From Pseudomonadota bacterium (GTDB taxonomy: Bacteria; Chloroflexota; UBA5177): 64,000 nucleotides of DNA. Location: positions 12,840 to 76,839 of the forward strand of contig JAJPIP010000044.1 of NCBI GenBank assembly GCA_021324655.1. Reading direction: 5' to 3'. A program made the translations under genes and the position numbers. A model generated the notes under the pieces. It made no database searches. It saw only the letters and a program-made list of their open reading frames with translations, and was not told where the DNA came from. Positions 17,881-27,142 of the stretch are shown one piece after another. Within the stretch, counting starts at the first letter, position 1. The number at the start of each line of letters is the position of its first letter.

Positions 17881-18100
17881 ATTCTCTCCTCGTTGCCGGT
17901 CGGCGTACCTTCAGCTTGATGGTAACGTACGCTGTATTTCAAGATCGTCGGTTGCCGCCGTATCGGCCGTATCCGGTTCGCGCGTCGATAACGCCATCGG
18001 AATACAAGAGTTTGAATACAAGTTGAATGGAATGCGAAATGACGCGCACCCTTTGTCCGGTGCGCATAGTAGTATCGAAGGAGCGTAAGGAGCGGCCATA

Positions 18101-18388
18101 ATGACACGGTTTAAGACGGCACCAATCACGGATGTAGTTCCGCGGCGGCGTGGTACCGAACCGTCCCGGCGGGCACAAATCAGGACGCAATATCAGGATG
18201 CTCTCAAGAATGCGGTGTTGGATCATCATGAGGCTCTCGTCGTGGAGATGGATGCGAACGACAAGCCGTTGACGATCCGAAATCGTATTCAGCGAGCCGC
18301 CGAGGCGCTTGGAGTCAGTGACCTGCGCGTCCGGCGCCGCGGCAATCGCATTGTGGCCTATCGGGAAGGTGATATCCCGACAGGATAG
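18101..18388 (+). CDS. Small basic hypothetical protein (possibly DNA-binding)
   Basis: SD AAGGAG; 95 aa, Arg-rich; AT-rich upstream region. Confidence 0.7.
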   Translation: MTRFKTAPITDVVPRRRGTEPSRRAQIRTQYQDALKNAVLDHHEALVVEMDANDKPLTIRNRIQRAAEALGVSDLRVRRRGNRIVAYREGDIPTG

Positions 18389-18494
18389 AGTGGTCGTCCT
18401 GCGAGCTCTGCTCTGCAGCCACGTACCCCCAGACGTGATACAAGGAAGTACCGTGGAAAGGCGCGCCGCCGGCGCTGGGGGGAAGAGGTATGCC

Positions 18495-19550
18495 ATGAAC
18501 GAGGATCAGCGGGAGTTCTTGCGCCGTCTGGTCGAAACGACGGGGCCATCCGGGTACGAAGAGCGCGCCCAGGCTCTGTGGCGGGAGCGCGTCGCTCCGG
18601 TCGCTCCGGTGCAGATCGATGCGATGGGGAATGCCATCGCCACCCTCAATAAGGATGGCTCCCCACGCGTCATCATCGAGGCACACATCGACGAGATCGG
18701 TTTCCAGGTGCGTTACATCGACGACGACGGGTTTCTCTGGTTTTCGCCGATTGGCGGTCTCGATCCGGTGACCCTGGCCGGCAATCCGGTGCGAATCATG
18801 GGAAAGTCAGGGCCGGTTCTCGGGGTCATCGGCCGTAAGGCGGCGCACCTCGTGTCGGACGAGGAGAGAGGCAAGCCGCCAAAGCTCAGCTCCTTCTGGA
18901 TCGACATTGGAGCTCGGGATCGGGCCGAGGCGGAGCGGCTGGTGGCAGTGGGTGATGCCGGAGGGCGCGCCGTGGGGATGGCCTCCTTGCAGGGACAGGT
19001 GATAACGGCCAATTCTCTTGACGACCGCGCCGGGGGCTACGTCATCGCCGAGGCGCTCCGTCGCCTCGCCGCCCATCCTCCGCAGGCTGCGGTGATTGCT
19101 CTGTCGGCGGTCCAGGAGGAGATCGGCTTGCGGGGCGCCGAGGCCGGTGCCTATGCCATCAACGCGCCGATCGGAATCGCCGTGGACGTAACGTATACCA
19201 GCGACCATCCCCAGGCTCCGAAGTCTGAGATCGGAGACATACGGGTCGGAGCGGGACCGGTTCTGTCGCGTGGCGCCAACACGAATCCGCGCATCTTTCA
19301 ACGTTTGGTCGCGGCTGCCGGGGCGGAAGGGATTTCGTATCAGGTGGACGCGGACCCGGTCGGCGCCGGGACCGATCAGCACGCGATGCAGATCGCGCGA
19401 GGCGCGATGGCGACCGGACTCATCAGCATTCCTACCCGATACCTGCACACCGCCTCGGAGGTCGCGTCGCTCGAGGATATCGACGCGTGTGTCAGATTGC
19501 TGACGCGTTTCGTGTCCGACCTGACCGCCGACGCCGACCTCATCCCGTAG
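18495..19550 (+). CDS. M42 family metallo-aminopeptidase
   Basis: GPSGYE, AHIDEIG, LDDRAG, QEEIG, VDVT and YLHT motifs. Confidence 0.92.
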   Translation: MNEDQREFLRRLVETTGPSGYEERAQALWRERVAPVAPVQIDAMGNAIATLNKDGSPRVIIEAHIDEIGFQVRYIDDDGFLWFSPIGGLDPVTLAGNPVRIMGKSGPVLGVIGRKAAHLVSDEERGKPPKLSSFWIDIGARDRAEAERLVAVGDAGGRAVGMASLQGQVITANSLDDRAGGYVIAEALRRLAAHPPQAAVIALSAVQEEIGLRGAEAGAYAINAPIGIAVDVTYTSDHPQAPKSEIGDIRVGAGPVLSRGANTNPRIFQRLVAAAGAEGISYQVDADPVGAGTDQHAMQIARGAMATGLISIPTRYLHTASEVASLEDIDACVRLLTRFVSDLTADADLIP

Positions 19551-19669
19551 AGGAACTATCCCACTCTGCATCGCTGCCGGCGCCGCTGTGCGCCTCGGGG
19601 TGGACCAGGGAGCTGCGCTCTGTATCTCGCCGTCCGGGGCGCATAATGCGGGAGAGAGTAGGTGATGGG

Positions 19670-20734
19670 ATGGTCCCGCTGCGCCGCGCCCTGATCGTTG
19701 TCCTCTGCGCCGTCATAGTGGCCGGCGCCTTGACCGGACTGATGACGGTGCGGTCGGACACGGCTCCGGCAGGTCCCGCGCTGGCCGGAACGCTGATGAA
19801 TCGTCCCGCTCCTCTCTTCACCTTGCCCGATCAGAGCGGCCGGCTGATATCGCTCCGCACGTTGCGTGGACACCCCGTTGTGCTGACCTTCCTCAGCGCG
19901 GCGTGTACCACGCTCTGTCCGGTCGTGGCGGAATCTATCGGGCGCGCGATCCGCGAGATGGGCCCGGCCGGCAAGCGGGTGACCGTGCTGGCGGTCAGCA
20001 CGGCGCCGGAGGAGGACAGCAGGGCAGCGACGCTCAGGTTTCTTCGCGCGCACCAGGACCTCAACTGGCATTATTTGTCGGCGCCGCGGCGCGTCCTGGC
20101 GCGGGTCTGGCGGGAGTACTACGTCTATGTGGCCCCGGCCAACGCTCCGCAATCGGTCAAGAATGATCACACGAGCGCGACCTACTTCCTCGACGCGTCG
20201 GGACGAGAGCGGGTGCTGATGGCAGGTGCCGTATCCGGATCGGACGTCTTGCGTGACCTTCAGATCCTGTCGGGCGCTCCGGTCGCCCAGACGGTGGGGT
20301 CGCGGGTCGCGGCGCCGCAAGTGGGGCACCCGGCACCCAGTCTGGCGCTACCGACACTGTCCGGCGGGCGGCTCTCCTTGCGCTCTCTCCATGGCCGGAC
20401 GCTCCTTCTCAACTTCTGGGCCTCCTGGTGCACGGCCTGCCGTACTGAGATGCCTCTCCTCGTGCGCTGGGAGCATCGCCTGGGAGGACGGCTGATGGTG
20501 GTGGGCGTGGATGAGCAGGACAGTGCCGGCGCCGCTCGCACCTTCCTGGCGCGCTACGGCGCGCGCTATCCCGTGCTGTTCGACGGGTCGAACTACGGCG
20601 CGGCGCAGTACGACATCGTCGGCCTCCCGACCTCCTTCCTCATCACACCGGATGGCGTGGTTCGATTCGTCTATCAGGGACAACTGACCAATCGCGACTT
20701 TGTGCGACAGATAGTGCCGGCCCTTGGAGGCTGA
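19670..20734 (+). CDS. SCO1/SenC domain fused to a TlpA/ResA-like thioredoxin
   Basis: TM anchor; CTTLCP...H (SCO); LNFWASWCTAC...GLPTSF (TlpA). Confidence 0.85.
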   Translation: MVPLRRALIVVLCAVIVAGALTGLMTVRSDTAPAGPALAGTLMNRPAPLFTLPDQSGRLISLRTLRGHPVVLTFLSAACTTLCPVVAESIGRAIREMGPAGKRVTVLAVSTAPEEDSRAATLRFLRAHQDLNWHYLSAPRRVLARVWREYYVYVAPANAPQSVKNDHTSATYFLDASGRERVLMAGAVSGSDVLRDLQILSGAPVAQTVGSRVAAPQVGHPAPSLALPTLSGGRLSLRSLHGRTLLLNFWASWCTACRTEMPLLVRWEHRLGGRLMVVGVDEQDSAGAARTFLARYGARYPVLFDGSNYGAAQYDIVGLPTSFLITPDGVVRFVYQGQLTNRDFVRQIVPALGG

Positions 20735-20735
20735 G

Positions 20736-21221
20736 ATGCGCGAGCCCCTTCGCTCGGATCCCTCTGCACGGACGCGGCGGCGCGCGTACCGATACCGGCG
20801 CCCGCACACCCCTCACTTTTATCTCGTCCTTGGGGGCCTCACCGGTGCCGTCCTCGTGTGTGTGCTGAATCTCGTGTCGTACGTCACAGGCAGCGTCTTG
20901 CTGGCGACTGTTACCTTCGGCGCCACGCTCTTCACTGCCTTGATGATCTTCCTCGCGTTTTTCTGGGGCTTTTACATGGTGAGTAGCGGCCTGAACCCGG
21001 AGCGCCGTATCGTGATCCTCCACGGAGCCGTCGGGATGCTGGCTCCGCTGTTCTACACGCTGAATATCGACGCGGCGCTCGACGGCGTGGGGACATCTCC
21101 GGTTGGTGCTCTCTCCCTCGGCACCAGCTTCGCTTGTCTGGGCCTGCTGATCGTGCAATTCTTGATGGGGAAGGCCGTGGTCAAAACGGAGCGACTCCGG
21201 GTGATCCGGCCCGAGGAGTGA
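20736..21221 (+). CDS. Four-TM hypothetical membrane protein
   Basis: Four hydrophobic segments; lies between the two SCO genes with gaps of 1-4 nt. Confidence 0.75.
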   Translation: MREPLRSDPSARTRRRAYRYRRPHTPHFYLVLGGLTGAVLVCVLNLVSYVTGSVLLATVTFGATLFTALMIFLAFFWGFYMVSSGLNPERRIVILHGAVGMLAPLFYTLNIDAALDGVGTSPVGALSLGTSFACLGLLIVQFLMGKAVVKTERLRVIRPEE

Positions 21222-21225
21222 GCTG

Positions 21226-21792
21226 ATGCGCGTCGTATCGCTCGTGTTGGGTCTTGTCATGCTGACGGCGGGACCGGTGCTGGCCGCCGGTCGACCCTCC
21301 CTGCACGGCACCGAGGTTTTTCAGGTCGGCCAGCATCGCGCGCCCGATTTCACCCTCCGGGATGTGAACGGGGGACGCCTGCATTTCGCCTCGTTACGGG
21401 GGCACGTGGTCGCCCTGACATTTCTCGATTCGCAGTGCCGGCAGCAATGCCCTCTGGTCGGACGGGAGCTGGCCACGGCGCAGCGGCACCTTGGCGGCGG
21501 GCACTCGCCGCTGGTGATCGTGGTCGTGAGCGTGGCGCCCCGGCACGATACGCCCCGGAGTGTTCACCGTTTTATGCGTGACATGCGTATGACGGGCCGG
21601 TGGTACTGGCTGACCGGAACGCAGGAACAGCTGAACCGCGTTTGGGTGGAGTGGGGTATCGAGGTGGTCTCGACCGTGACGCACACGTCCGCGGTCTATC
21701 TGGTGGATCGACACGGCTGGGTTCGTGTGGCCGACGGCGATCTTATCATCCCCAGTCAACTGGTTGAGAGCGTTCGCGCTCTGCTCAACTGA
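21226..21792 (+). CDS. SCO1/SenC copper chaperone
   Basis: CRQQCP, WLTG and HTSAVYLVD motifs; signal peptide. Confidence 0.88.
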   Translation: MRVVSLVLGLVMLTAGPVLAAGRPSLHGTEVFQVGQHRAPDFTLRDVNGGRLHFASLRGHVVALTFLDSQCRQQCPLVGRELATAQRHLGGGHSPLVIVVVSVAPRHDTPRSVHRFMRDMRMTGRWYWLTGTQEQLNRVWVEWGIEVVSTVTHTSAVYLVDRHGWVRVADGDLIIPSQLVESVRALLN

Positions 21793-21942
21793 GCACTGAT
21801 TGACGACGTCATCTGTTTACAACTTGACAGGACGTCAACCGAGGAAGATTATGAAATCAAGGATCAGTCCTAATCTGGGCAGTACGATTTCCCCTTTCGT
21901 GGAGTGGGCCGCTAGGCCGGACGGGGAGCGGAGGTAGAGAGC

Positions 21943-23844
21943 ATGGCTGTCGCGACCGGTGTAATGCCCGCGAGGCGTTCGTGGCTCATGCGCCCGAACA
22001 TGCTGTGGGCGTTTGTCCTGGGCATTGCCGCCTTTGTGTTCGTGGTCTGGGGGCTGGGGCACGACGGCGGTCTGCTGCCGTCGTGGGGACTCGAGATCAA
22101 CCAGATCATGTTCCTTGGCTACGGCGCGGCGATCCTTTTCTTCTTCATCGGCCTGGGAGTCTTCAATGAGCCGGTGAAGTGGCTTCTGGGTATTCCCATC
22201 TCCGAGGAAGAGGAACTGGAGCGTTACGGCGCCTACGGCGGGATCGACCGCTACTTTCGCTACACGCTCGACCACAAGGTCATCGGCATCCAATACATGG
22301 TGACGATCCTGGCCGCCTTCTGTCTGGGTGGCTTCATCGCCATGCTGATTCGGACCGAGCTTCTCACGCCGAACGCGAGGTTCACCGATCCGGAGACGTA
22401 TCTCTCCCTGGTCACCGAGCACAGCGTCATCATGCTGGTCATGGCCAGCAGCATCATCATTGGAAGTTTTGGCAACTACTTTATTCCGCTCTTCATCGGC
22501 TCGAAGCGCATGGCCTTTCCGCGCATTGAGGCGCTTTCCTTCTGGCTCTTCCTTCTCGCCATCGTGATCATGCCGACCGCGCTGTTCTTCGGTGGGTCTC
22601 AGACAGGATGGACCGGGTATGCCCCGCTCGCCGACCAGATGCATGCCGGGCATGATGCGTACATCACGACCTGGGCGCTGGCAGGGACGGCCAACACCCT
22701 GGTTGGGATCAACCTGGTGGCAACGATCTGGCTGATGCGCGCTCCCGGCATGACCTGGTCGCGCATGAACCTCACCTGCTGGTCGGTCCTGGTCGGCGCC
22801 ATCCTTGACTGGTTGGCCATGCCGATCATGGTCGCGGTGCAGAGCATGGTGGGCTTCGACCGCGCCCTCCTGACCGGCCTTTTCGTCCCTGTCCAGGGAG
22901 GCAGCGCTTTCTTCTACGAAAACGTGTTCTGGACGTTCGGCCATCCCGAGGTGTACATCCTCGCCATTCCAGGCATGGGCATTGTCCTTGACATCCTGCC
23001 CGTCTTCACCCGCCGTCCGATCTACGCGTATCGCGCGGCGGTGGTCGGCATGCTGGGAATCGGGCTTCTGAGCTGGTTCGTCTGGCAGCATCACCTCTTT
23101 GTCAGCGGCCTCACGCCGGGCCTGCGTCCCTTCTTCATGTTCTCGACCGAGATGATCTCGTTCCCCACGGGACTCGTGTTCCTGGCGGCCCTTGGGACGC
23201 TGTACGGCGGTGCCATCCGTTTCAAGACGGCCATGTTGTTCGCGGTCGCGTTCTTCCCCGACTTTCTCCTGGGCGGGTTCAGCGGCATCTTTGTGTCCGA
23301 TGTTCCGAGTGATGTGCAGTTGCACGGATCCTACTGGGTCCAGGCGCATTTCCACTTCATCCTGATGGGGGCGACGCTCTTCGCGTTCTTTGCCGGGATC
23401 TACTTCTGGTTCCCCAAGTTCACGGGACGGCGCCTCAATGAGCGGCTCGGTCAAGTGCACTTCTGGTTGATGTGGATCGGCTTCAACGGCACCTTCATCA
23501 CGCTGGCGATCGTCGGGATCATGGGGATGTCGCGGCGCTACGCGACGTACTTCCCTTACCTACAGGGTGTCAATGTGACCGCGACCATCTTTGCCTACCT
23601 GCTCGGCATCTCAATCATTCCGTTCCTGTGGAACTTCATCTACTCATGGGGTTGGGGTGAGAAGGCGGAAGAGAATCCCTACCAATCACGCAGCCTGGAG
23701 TGGCAGGTCCCGACGCCGATACCGGTCGACAACTTCGAGGAGATCCCACTCGTGCTGAGCGGTCCATACGAGTACTGGAGCAACCAGCCCATGGCCATTC
23801 TCAAGCCCTCTGAGTCGGCCGGAACACCGGCCGCGGGCAACTAG
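21943..23844 (+). CDS. ctaD: Heme-copper oxidase subunit I (divergent A-type) with N-terminal TM extension
   Basis: DHKVIG, H(SVIM), GWTGY, GHPEVY, WQHH, AHFH, RRY. Confidence 0.95.
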   Translation: MAVATGVMPARRSWLMRPNMLWAFVLGIAAFVFVVWGLGHDGGLLPSWGLEINQIMFLGYGAAILFFFIGLGVFNEPVKWLLGIPISEEEELERYGAYGGIDRYFRYTLDHKVIGIQYMVTILAAFCLGGFIAMLIRTELLTPNARFTDPETYLSLVTEHSVIMLVMASSIIIGSFGNYFIPLFIGSKRMAFPRIEALSFWLFLLAIVIMPTALFFGGSQTGWTGYAPLADQMHAGHDAYITTWALAGTANTLVGINLVATIWLMRAPGMTWSRMNLTCWSVLVGAILDWLAMPIMVAVQSMVGFDRALLTGLFVPVQGGSAFFYENVFWTFGHPEVYILAIPGMGIVLDILPVFTRRPIYAYRAAVVGMLGIGLLSWFVWQHHLFVSGLTPGLRPFFMFSTEMISFPTGLVFLAALGTLYGGAIRFKTAMLFAVAFFPDFLLGGFSGIFVSDVPSDVQLHGSYWVQAHFHFILMGATLFAFFAGIYFWFPKFTGRRLNERLGQVHFWLMWIGFNGTFITLAIVGIMGMSRRYATYFPYLQGVNVTATIFAYLLGISIIPFLWNFIYSWGWGEKAEENPYQSRSLEWQVPTPIPVDNFEEIPLVLSGPYEYWSNQPMAILKPSESAGTPAAGN

Positions 23845-23855
23845 GGAGGTTCGCT

Positions 23856-24488
23856 GTGGCAGAGAGCACGCAGTTTCACTCCGATGCGGCCGAGCAGGCA
23901 TTCGCTCCGGTGCCGCGGTCTCTCGACGACCGCCTGACGCTGCTGTCGGTTCGCATGTTCTACATCGCGGGGTCCTTCTTCTTTGCGTCCTTCTACTTTG
24001 GTCTGGTCTACCTCCAGATCATGAATCTCAACAACATGTGGCTACCGCACGGCATCGACCATCCGCCGGCCTGGATCGGGGTATCGGAGGTGGTCCTCGT
24101 GCTGCTCGCCGGATCCGCCTACTTCGTCGGACAGTGGTTCGGCATGTACCGCGGCAATTTCAGCCTGCTCCGTTTGATGCTGTGGGTGGCAAGTCTGCTG
24201 ACCGTCGTCGCGGTGATCATCCACATCTACGAGCTGCACAATCCGGGTTTCAGCCTGCAGGGCGGTGGGTACGTCAGCCTCTTCATCGCGATCGAGACCG
24301 TTTTCACCATCTTTCTGGTCGTGACGGCGCTGGTGTTGATCGGCGTCGCGATCCGCGCCCAGAAGGGGCTCTTCAGTCGAAATGGCATCGCGGTGGCAGG
24401 ATTTGGCGAGTACTTCGGCTGGCTGGCCGGGGTGGCGCTCTTTAACTTTCTGGCGCTGTACGTGCAGCCCTTCTTCCCGATCGCGTGA
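23856..24488 (+). CDS. Heme-copper oxidase subunit III-like protein (divergent)
   Basis: Five TM helices; FFFASFYF, GYVSLF; directly follows subunit I. Confidence 0.7.
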   Translation: MAESTQFHSDAAEQAFAPVPRSLDDRLTLLSVRMFYIAGSFFFASFYFGLVYLQIMNLNNMWLPHGIDHPPAWIGVSEVVLVLLAGSAYFVGQWFGMYRGNFSLLRLMLWVASLLTVVAVIIHIYELHNPGFSLQGGGYVSLFIAIETVFTIFLVVTALVLIGVAIRAQKGLFSRNGIAVAGFGEYFGWLAGVALFNFLALYVQPFFPIA

Positions 24489-25393
24489 CGACCATGAACT
24501 GGCTGTTGCAGTGGTCGTTTGATCCGGGGATCGTGGCGGCGATTGCCCTCGCCGCCATCCTGTACTGGCGAGGACGTCGCCGTCTCAGCGATGTCCGGCG
24601 CGGCGTGCCGCTGGAGCGCTGGCGAGTCGCATCGTTCTACGCGGGGCTGGTCGTGGTCCTGCTGGCGCTGGAGTCACCCATCGACGTGCTCTCCGCGTAC
24701 CTCTTCAGCTTCCACATGATCCAGCACTTGTTGCTCATCATGGTTGCTGCACCGTTGATTTTGATGGGTGATCCCGGCGTGACCATCATGCGTGGTGTCC
24801 CGCTCTCCCTGCGCCGATCAGTCCTCGGCTCGGGGGCGCGGCAGGGCTGGTTGCATCACCTGGGTCACTGGTTCGGCCGCCTCAATCACCCCGTCCCGGC
24901 GGCGGTGATCTTCCTGGTCGATCTGTATCTCTGGCACTGGAACTTCCTGTTCAACCTGACCCTTCAGAACGATGCGGTGCACGCGTTCGAGCACCTCTGC
25001 TTTCTGGGGACCGCCCTTCTCCTGTGGACACAGGTCATCGATCAGCGGGCTCTGCACCCCCGACTCGGCCACTTCCAGCGGGCGATCTTTACCGTCATTG
25101 TCGGCGGGCTCAGCAATCTGCTCGCGATGTACTTCGTCTTTTCAACGGTCCCGCTGTATACCTACGCGCGGGTCATCAATCGTCCCTTTGGCATGACGGC
25201 GCTCGGCGACCAGCAACTGGCCGGAGGCATCATGTGGGTGCCTGTCCTCTTCCTCTTCGCCGGAGCCTTCGCGACGTTCATGTACCTGGGCCTGGGAGAA
25301 GATGCAGAGGCGGCTCCCCAGGCCGCGGTCGAGACACCGTATAGAGTCATACCCCGGCGGGCGCCGGGTGATGTGGGAGGTCGGCATGTCTAA
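24485..25393 (+). CDS. ctaG: Cytochrome c oxidase assembly factor, caa3-type CtaG
   Basis: SPID...FSFHMIQH...APL, WH, HAFEH and DQQLAGGIMW motifs. Confidence 0.9.
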   Translation: MTTMNWLLQWSFDPGIVAAIALAAILYWRGRRRLSDVRRGVPLERWRVASFYAGLVVVLLALESPIDVLSAYLFSFHMIQHLLLIMVAAPLILMGDPGVTIMRGVPLSLRRSVLGSGARQGWLHHLGHWFGRLNHPVPAAVIFLVDLYLWHWNFLFNLTLQNDAVHAFEHLCFLGTALLLWTQVIDQRALHPRLGHFQRAIFTVIVGGLSNLLAMYFVFSTVPLYTYARVINRPFGMTALGDQQLAGGIMWVPVLFLFAGAFATFMYLGLGEDAEAAPQAAVETPYRVIPRRAPGDVGGRHV

Positions 25394-26036
25394 CCGAGGC
25401 ATCCTCGTGACAGCGTTGTTCACCGTCATCGGGATCATTCTCCTGGCTTTGATGACGTTCTGGGTCGGGTACCACGCGGCCTACAGTGCCAACCGGGCAG
25501 CGGCCGGAGCCGTCACCATCTCCACCAACAGCAGCGGGCAACCGGTGGCGCATATCTCGCTCAGCATTCAGCAAGAAGTTGGCGTGGGCCCCAACGCAGC
25601 ATGGTTGGGCTATCAGACCCGGACGAATCCTCCGCACCCCGGAACCATCTTCACCGTGCCCGCGAACGCTCTCGTGACTATGGATATCCACAACTTCGAC
25701 TCCACGACGGCACTGCGAAACTACTTCTTCACGAAGGTGCAGGGGACCATCGGCGGCGTCGAGTACGTGAATGGGAAGCGCATCACCGTCATGAATCCCG
25801 ACGACCTCTCCCATACGTTCACTTTCCCGGCGGCCGGCGTGTCGGTGCCCATGATGGGGATCCCGAACAATGCGCGGGCGGGGGCGTTCGAGGACATGCG
25901 CTTCAGCTTCCGTGCCCCCTCCAGGAAGGGCGTCTACCGCTGGCAGTGCATCGTGCCGTGTGGCTGGGGGACGTACGGCAACGGCGGACCGATGGGTGAG
26001 ATCGGCTACATGAGCGGCCTGATCACGGTCAACTAG
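25386..26036 (+). CDS. Membrane-anchored cupredoxin-like protein with atypical ligand loop
   Basis: SD GGAGG; TM helix; HTFT and YRWQCIVPCG...PM...YMSG motifs. Confidence 0.75.
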   Translation: MSNRGILVTALFTVIGIILLALMTFWVGYHAAYSANRAAAGAVTISTNSSGQPVAHISLSIQQEVGVGPNAAWLGYQTRTNPPHPGTIFTVPANALVTMDIHNFDSTTALRNYFFTKVQGTIGGVEYVNGKRITVMNPDDLSHTFTFPAAGVSVPMMGIPNNARAGAFEDMRFSFRAPSRKGVYRWQCIVPCGWGTYGNGGPMGEIGYMSGLITVN

Positions 26037-26047
26037 GAGGGACGCGC

Positions 26048-26977
26048 GTGAGACACGCCATACGTATTGCGATCATCTGGATTGTCGTCACCGCCATCCT
26101 GGAGGTTTTGATTGGGATCGTTCCCATCCCGTCGCCGGTGGGGTCGGATGAAGGTGAAGGAATCCACCAGACCATCTACATGCTGTTCTACCTGGGCGCA
26201 CCCATCTTTGCCTTTGTGTGGGTCGTGCTGCTGTATGGTTTGATCACCTATCGGGCGCGCGATCCCCAAACCGAGACGGAACGGCCGCCGATGCCGGGAT
26301 CGAATGCCCTGATCCTGCTCTGGGCCGGGATTACCTTCCTGATCGTTCTTTTCATGGCGGGTTGGGGGACGTTCACACTGCACGAGATCACGCAGCCGCC
26401 GTCGGTAGCTGCGGAGGGAAGCGCGGCCTCCACCCGCAGCCACCCCGGTGCTACCAACCAGAAACAGCCGGGAGGTCTGCCGGCAGGGTCGGTCTACACC
26501 AACGCTCGTCCGCTCATCGTTCAGGCCATCGGCCAGCAGTGGTTCTGGACATTCCGCTATCCGAGCTTCGGCGGAATGGAAACCAAGGAACTCGTGGTGC
26601 CGGTGGGTGTCCCCGTTCTCTTCCACATCACCTCGCTGGATGTCGTGCATAGCTTCTGGATCTACGAGGAGGACGTCAAAGAGGACGCGGTCCCCGGACA
26701 GGACAACACCGCGTGGATGGTGGCGCGGTTCCCCATACATACCGAGGTCAACGGCAAGAACTCGGCGTACTGCAACGAGCTGTGCGGTCTCTGGCACGGC
26801 TACATGGTAGCCAATGTGACCGTCGAGAAGTATTCGGCGTTCAAGAGTTGGGCTACGCACATGGAGTCGTACGAGAAATCGACAGGTCTCCTGAAAAACT
26901 TGCCGTCCTACGCGCCGGTGTACTATCCGGCATCCAACGCGAACTTCCCGCCCGCGCCCCAGGATCAGTCACCGTAG
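26048..26977 (+). CDS. ctaC: Cytochrome c oxidase subunit II (CuA, no cytochrome c domain)
   Basis: QQWFWTFRYP, DVVHSFW and CNELCGLWHGYM motifs. Confidence 0.93.
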   Translation: MRHAIRIAIIWIVVTAILEVLIGIVPIPSPVGSDEGEGIHQTIYMLFYLGAPIFAFVWVVLLYGLITYRARDPQTETERPPMPGSNALILLWAGITFLIVLFMAGWGTFTLHEITQPPSVAAEGSAASTRSHPGATNQKQPGGLPAGSVYTNARPLIVQAIGQQWFWTFRYPSFGGMETKELVVPVGVPVLFHITSLDVVHSFWIYEEDVKEDAVPGQDNTAWMVARFPIHTEVNGKNSAYCNELCGLWHGYMVANVTVEKYSAFKSWATHMESYEKSTGLLKNLPSYAPVYYPASNANFPPAPQDQSP

Positions 26978-26978
26978 C

Positions 26979-27137
26979 ATGGTGGTTCTCCTCCTGACGG
27001 CTCTGCTCGTCCTGGTCGTGGGCGGGCTCATCCTCTATGGCGCCGTCGCCTACCGGCGTCAGGCGGCGGGGCGTGAGGTACTCTGGACTGGGATGGCCGC
27101 GCTCTTGTTGGTGCTGCTGTTCGCCTACGTGCGTTAG
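26979..27137 (+). CDS. 52-aa two-TM protein resembling the COX2 transmembrane hairpin (absent from the ORF track)
   Basis: MVVLLLTALLVLVVGGLILYGAVAYRRQAAGREVLWTGMAALLLVLLFAYVR fills the gap between ctaC and ctaB. Confidence 0.75.
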   Translation: MVVLLLTALLVLVVGGLILYGAVAYRRQAAGREVLWTGMAALLLVLLFAYVR

Positions 27138-27142
27138 AGGGG

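Noticed and set aside
21835-23460. 541-aa minus-strand ORF, and similar long ORFs at 46700-48022, 54591-55727 and 57903-59057
   Set aside because: Antisense to well-supported genes; no recognisable motifs
21943-23844. Nitric oxide reductase interpretation of the divergent subunit I
   Set aside because: HPEVY Tyr is retained, and a CuA subunit II and ctaB are present, which fits an O2 reductase
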